This document shows positions 59,478-64,000 of a DNA stretch of 64,000 nucleotides, one piece after another; positions within the stretch are counted from its first letter, which is position 1; every line of letters starts with the position of its first letter. The stretch covers positions 1,762 to 65,761 of the forward strand of contig CAZBUJ010000017.1 in assembly GCA_964495075.1 (NCBI GenBank). Direction: 5' to 3'. The translations under genes and the position numbers were made by a program. A model generated the notes under the pieces. It was given only the letters and a program-made list of their open reading frames with translations, had not been told where the DNA came from and did not search any database. This DNA comes from an uncultured Phycisphaeraceae bacterium. GTDB lineage: Bacteria > Planctomycetota > Phycisphaerae > UBA1845.

Positions 59478-62201
59478 ATGATTGCCGTTCGCTTCCTCTG
59501 CGCCGTTCGGACGCAGCCGTCGGCGTACCTCCCCACCGCGGGTCGAACCGCCGGCCTGCTGCTGCTGACGCTGTGGTTGCCGACCGGATGCGTCGGCCGC
59601 GAGGCCTACGACCGCGGGTGTGAGTTCGCCGAGAACGGGGAGTTCGACGCCGCCGTGAGCGCCTTCCGCGACGCCCACGACGCCGCACCGAAAAACGATG
59701 AGTACTACGACGCCTGGATTGGCGCCACCGAGCAGGCCATCGCGTGGCACCGGGACGAGGCGACGAACCGCTTCAACGAGCGCATGCTGGGACCGGCCCG
59801 GGCCCACATCGACAAAGCGATCAGCTATGGCGACGCGGACGGAAGACCCGTGCCGGGCGAGCCCATCGCCGGGTGTCGAACCGTGTGCGGTCTGCCCGAG
59901 GGACTCCCCGCCCACCCGCATTCGCTGTGCGGGGTGATCGAAGTCAACCAGAAGGAGTTGACGGATCTGCGCCGCCTGATCCTGCGGGCCCTTGCCGCAG
60001 CCGAGGCGCGGGCCGACGCGGGCGAATCGCACATCCGCAATGGGGCATGGGATGAGGCGGTCGTGGCCCTGCAGGAGGCGACCGAACTCGATCGGAGTTC
60101 GGCCCGGGCACCGATGCTGCTCCGCGAGGCGATCGCCGGCGCGGTGCCGTACCATCTCTCGCTCGCCGATCACCACCTTGCCACCCAGGCCTGGGACGAC
60201 TGCCGCAGCGAATGTTCCATCGTCTTGTCGTACCGCCCGGAGGACCCCGAGGCCCAGCTCCGGTTGGACGCCGCCGACGATCGTCAGCGGGCACGAACGC
60301 TCCAGCAACAGGCGGCCCGGCTTGCGGCCGACGAGGAGTACCTCAGTGCCGTGGACACCCTGGAACGGGCACGGAAACTGTGGCCTGAGGACCGCGCCAT
60401 TGCTGTGTCACTACGCAGCACTAAGGACCTGACCGCGGACGCGCTGCTGACTGAGGCGCGGGGATGCGTGGACGGCGGTGAGTACCAGGCCGCACTCGAA
60501 CTGGTGGACCGGGCGGAAGCACTGGTCCCGGACAAGCCGGGCCTGGCGGCCGCCCGGGACGACGCCGAGTCACGCTGGGCCGATGCCTTGCTCCGGCAGG
60601 CGGACGGTTACCTGGCCCGCGGGCAGAACGAGCTGGCGTGGACGTTTGCCCTGCATGCGGCCGGGATCAGCGATGCGCACGTCGAGACGCGGCGGACGAT
60701 CGATCGCTGTGCCGACTCGGTGCGAGCGGAACTTGATTGCGCCATCGCGATTCTGCCGGACTCGAAGGGCGGTGCCCACTCACAGGAAACCGTTCGCGCC
60801 TGCGCCATGATGACCAACGCCCTCAGCGAGATCGCACCGCCGCACCTGCGTATCGTGGAGCGATCGAACCTGAGCGACATCCTCGCCGAGCAGGACCTGG
60901 CCGCGGCAGGGGTGCTGGATCCCGGCGCACTCGAGCGACTGGCCGCCCGGCTGCGAAACGCCGATTTGCTCCTGTTGGTGTCGACGGCAAGTCGCAACAG
61001 CGACACCAAGGAAAGCGAGCGCTGGGCCTCGGTGACCCAGGTCACGGGCACCAAGCTCGTTCGTAATCCCGATTACGCCGCCGCCCAAGCGGCCCTGGAC
61101 CGCGCCATCGTGGAGCTGGACGAAGCGCATGCAGCCGGAGGCGACCTGAAGGTGCTCCGCGGCGTCCTCGGCGCCTTTCCCAATAAGGGCAACCGGTACG
61201 TGGACGCGACCGTCCGCGGCATGCAAGACGCGGCGATCCAGCAGGCGGAGCAACGATACAACACCGCGCTGGTGCGACTTCGGCACACGCCCGAGCTCAA
61301 AGAAGTGCCCAACAAACAGGAGTACCGGTACCCGGTGTGCCAGATCACGCGGCGGGCAACTGTCACGGCCGCCGTACGGCTGGTCGACGTGGCGACCGGG
61401 CAGGTCCTCTGGGTCGAGGACCGGCTGACGAATACGGTCGAGCGGAGCGACACCTACGTCAAGCCCGATCCGCAACGCGGCATCACCGGCAAACGGGCGT
61501 TCCTCCCCGGCGCCGAGCAATTGTACGCGGAGGCGGTCGAAGGACTCGAAGCCCAGATTGCCGAAGCGGCGCGGGCGCTCTTGAATCGCCGGGGCGAAGC
61601 GTACCTCGCCCGGGCCCGGCGGGCGGCCAGCCGGGACGCGGCCACCGAATTGTTCGTGCAATATCTGTTTGATCCTGGGCCCGAGCCCGCCGCCGAGTCT
61701 GTCAACGAAGCGCTGGCCGCCATTGTCGATGGCGATCTCGACGCGGCGCGGCGCGAGCGGTGCAAGCAATACGCGCTCGCCCGACTCGAATTGACGCCGC
61801 GGGCCGCCAAGCTCACCAAGCAGGAAACGCGTGACCTGCCGCTCCCGCCGATGACGCAGGGCACGGTTGCGCCCACGCCGGCCGAGGAGATCGTCGCCCG
61901 GGCCGAACCCGCGCCCGCTCCGGTCGCCCCGCCGCGCTGTGTGCAGCTCGTTCTGTTCGACAAGCGAAACCGCGACAAGGCCAACGCGTTCGGACTGGTG
62001 TTCGACGTCGATGACGTGACGAACGACGGGGTCGACCTGCGGGTCAGCCGTCCTGGTACGAAGGGCCCGAAGTTCGTGGACCTGCTCGCCGGGGGTGTGT
62101 TCGACGCGCACCACGTGCGCGGCCGCGTCGTCGAAATCGACCCCGACGATGAGCGGGCGGTCATCGAAGTTCGGCCCGCGCCCGCGGCGCCCGGACGGTA
62201 G
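59478..62201 (+). CDS. TPR-rich putative lipoprotein with a CsgG/HfaB-like domain
   Basis: GGAGG RBS, lipobox-like LPTGC, multiple TPR-like helices. IVERSNLSDILAEQDL..ADLLL and VRLVDVATGQVLW. Confidence 0.65.
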   Translation: MIAVRFLCAVRTQPSAYLPTAGRTAGLLLLTLWLPTGCVGREAYDRGCEFAENGEFDAAVSAFRDAHDAAPKNDEYYDAWIGATEQAIAWHRDEATNRFNERMLGPARAHIDKAISYGDADGRPVPGEPIAGCRTVCGLPEGLPAHPHSLCGVIEVNQKELTDLRRLILRALAAAEARADAGESHIRNGAWDEAVVALQEATELDRSSARAPMLLREAIAGAVPYHLSLADHHLATQAWDDCRSECSIVLSYRPEDPEAQLRLDAADDRQRARTLQQQAARLAADEEYLSAVDTLERARKLWPEDRAIAVSLRSTKDLTADALLTEARGCVDGGEYQAALELVDRAEALVPDKPGLAAARDDAESRWADALLRQADGYLARGQNELAWTFALHAAGISDAHVETRRTIDRCADSVRAELDCAIAILPDSKGGAHSQETVRACAMMTNALSEIAPPHLRIVERSNLSDILAEQDLAAAGVLDPGALERLAARLRNADLLLLVSTASRNSDTKESERWASVTQVTGTKLVRNPDYAAAQAALDRAIVELDEAHAAGGDLKVLRGVLGAFPNKGNRYVDATVRGMQDAAIQQAEQRYNTALVRLRHTPELKEVPNKQEYRYPVCQITRRATVTAAVRLVDVATGQVLWVEDRLTNTVERSDTYVKPDPQRGITGKRAFLPGAEQLYAEAVEGLEAQIAEAARALLNRRGEAYLARARRAASRDAATELFVQYLFDPGPEPAAESVNEALAAIVDGDLDAARRERCKQYALARLELTPRAAKLTKQETRDLPLPPMTQGTVAPTPAEEIVARAEPAPAPVAPPRCVQLVLFDKRNRDKANAFGLVFDVDDVTNDGVDLRVSRPGTKGPKFVDLLAGGVFDAHHVRGRVVEIDPDDERAVIEVRPAPAAPGR

Positions 62202-62361
62202 ATGGCCGCGCCCCGTTGACCGGTCCCTCCACGGCGTCGCGTGGGGAACCGGCCAGCAGGCAAGCGCGCCCGAGTCATCCCGTCCGGCCGCCGGGACCGC
62301 GGGCACCACCGTCAATCTGCGCCTCCGTCCGCACATATGCTGTGCAGTGACGCTGCGGTGA

Positions 62362-63504
62362 TCACGGCACCCAGGCGAGACCGAAGGGATTCGCGCCCGT
62401 GGTGACCTCGCCGATCAGGACCGGCACCGGATCTCTCCACGATGCTCGATATATCGACACCTTGTCATTCGGCCCGGAGTGCGTGACGTAGAGCTTTCGG
62501 CCGTCCGGCGTGATGGCAATGTTGTGCGGCACGCTGTACGGCGCATCGACCGGCTCGCCCACGATTTCGTTCGTGCTCGTGTCGATGGTCCAGAGCGCGT
62601 CTTCCCCGCCGCCGGGCAGGTTCGTCGTGTAGAATGTGCGTCCGCTCAGCGTCATGCCGGCCCCGTGGGCCCCCGGCACGTCGAGCACGTCAACCGTGTC
62701 CAGGGTACGACGATCCAGGATATACACGGCGTTGGAGTTCTGGCAGGGCACGTAGAGCAACCGGTTGCGCCAGGTGACGGAAAGGTGCGGGTCCTTGCCG
62801 ACCGCCGCTCGGCCCGTCTCCTCGAACGTGCGCGTCGAGTACTGCACCACGTAATCGTTCGGCCCGTCGAGCCCGAGGACGGTGACGTAGGCGAACAGCC
62901 CGGCCGGAGAGAGGATCACGTCGTGCGGCTTACCGCCCGCTTCCACCAGATCCGCCGGCGTCGGTACGGTCGTGATCTCTTCAAGGCTACGCATGTCGAT
63001 CACGGTGCTGGTGTTGTCGATATCATTGTTGACCCAGAGTTGCTTATTGAAGAGGTTGCCCCACATATGGAACACGCCGTTTCCCGCCGGCACCATGCCA
63101 TCGACTTCGAGCGTCCGTGCGTTGTATGCCACCACCCGGCTGTTCCCTCGATCGCCGACGAAGAACCGATTACGGACCGGCGTGTAGTAGACGTACATCG
63201 GTTCGGGCGGGTTGTCGCCCCCCGGTAGCTCGAGCGTCTCGATGACCTCGTCGTGACGGGTGTCGATCACCGACAGCGTTCCCGACCCGCGGTCGGCGAC
63301 CACGATCTTCCCACGACGGCCGTGACCGATGCCGCTTGCTTCCCATTCCGCCGCGGCCGGTCGAGCCGCCAACTCGAATGGGTCGCGATCACTGGCACAC
63401 GCTTCGCATTCCGCCGCGGCCGGCGCCGCCGCCACCAACGCGCACGCCGCGCCTAAGACAAATCGTGTCCAACTGAACAGGTTGCCCAGATTTCCGTTTC
63501 GCAT
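62362..63504 (-). CDS. Secreted YVTN/YncE-type beta-propeller protein
   Basis: Signal peptide. Repeats SGTLSVIDT, PHDVILSP, PHNIAITPDGRKLYVT, GANPFGL. AGGAGG RBS. Confidence 0.82.
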   Translation of the reverse strand: MRNGNLGNLFSWTRFVLGAACALVAAAPAAAECEACASDRDPFELAARPAAAEWEASGIGHGRRGKIVVADRGSGTLSVIDTRHDEVIETLELPGGDNPPEPMYVYYTPVRNRFFVGDRGNSRVVAYNARTLEVDGMVPAGNGVFHMWGNLFNKQLWVNNDIDNTSTVIDMRSLEEITTVPTPADLVEAGGKPHDVILSPAGLFAYVTVLGLDGPNDYVVQYSTRTFEETGRAAVGKDPHLSVTWRNRLLYVPCQNSNAVYILDRRTLDTVDVLDVPGAHGAGMTLSGRTFYTTNLPGGGEDALWTIDTSTNEIVGEPVDAPYSVPHNIAITPDGRKLYVTHSGPNDKVSIYRASWRDPVPVLIGEVTTGANPFGLAWVP

Positions 63505-63794
63505 GGTTGTATCCTCCTCTTGATAAACAGTGACTCGGCTCACCACGCCCATCGCGTCGCCTCAACCGATTGGCGACGTGCCTACCGATGGCGCGGGAGC
63601 AAATTGACGGCGGTAACCCCACCATGTAGTCGCGACGACGACGCGAGCCTTGCAAACAATGGCGGGATTATTCGCAGAAACTGCGATACCGCTTGATGTG
63701 TCGTCGGATGAGCGCGTCGGCAACGACCGCGTCGCGCGAATCTAAGCGCCGGCGACGGCGGGAGCCGGCGACGCGACGAAACCGGCTGCGCCGG

Positions 63795-64000
63795 TCAACT
63801 CGTCATGGAGGGGGGCTCGGTGAGCAGCAACTCGGCGTAGCGGTTCAGGGCGTCGTAGTAGCCCTGGATGCTGGGGATGTAATGGCGTTCGGCCGGACTG
63901 TGCGGGCCGATCCCGGTCTGGCCCCAGATGACGGCCTGACCGCCCGGCGCGAAGCGACCGCTCGTGCCCGGCTTCTTGCGACCGAGTTCGGGCTCCCGCC
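63795..64000 (-). CDS. C-terminal part of an M20/ArgE/DapE-family metallohydrolase (partial)
   Basis: Reads ..PGTSGRF..AVIWGQTGIGPHSPAERHYIPSI..*; G..H...E is the C-terminal metal-ligand motif. Confidence 0.6.
   Translation of the reverse strand, partial: REPELGRKKPGTSGRFAPGGQAVIWGQTGIGPHSPAERHYIPSIQGYYDALNRYAELLLTEPPSMTS

Overview
GC-rich bacterial window, probably Planctomycetota (Phycisphaerae-like). This is inferred from two PEP-CTERM proteins, several C-terminal dockerin-like tails and a planctomycete-style kinase/TPR remnant. No rRNA, tRNA, CRISPR array or intact mobile element was seen. All family assignments are by motif recognition, not database search. Layout: (1) 1-12.6 kb: uronate/arabinogalactan cluster (TRAP DctM, KduD, a DUF4861 fusion, a PL42/GH145-like BNR protein, a GH2 beta-galactosidase with a LamG insert, an orphan sugar-binding protein). 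(2) 13-18.8 kb: a giant secreted mosaic protein behind a near-consensus promoter and a ~690-nt hairpin-rich leader. (3) 19-30 kb: minus-strand ROK regulator, UxaE, a LamG/HExxH metallopeptidase, two GH51 enzymes and an esterase. (4) 31-38 kb: PEP-CTERM, papain-like and RCC1 dockerin proteins, a sugar porter. (5) 38-51 kb: best candidate for an undescribed system. A phosphorelay with no DNA-binding output (kinase, ChpT-like pseudo-kinase, three receivers) ends in CBS + DASS/SLC13 transporter genes. It converges on a tightly coupled operon for cytochrome b, Rieske protein, 7-8-heme cytochrome/TPR protein and an outer-membrane beta-barrel. (6) 51-64 kb: GH-like unknown, GPP34, ALDH, Eda, PEP-CTERM, TPR/CsgG-like lipoprotein, His-rich beta-propeller, partial M20 peptidase. 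Several intergenic gaps hold recognisable scars of deleted genes.
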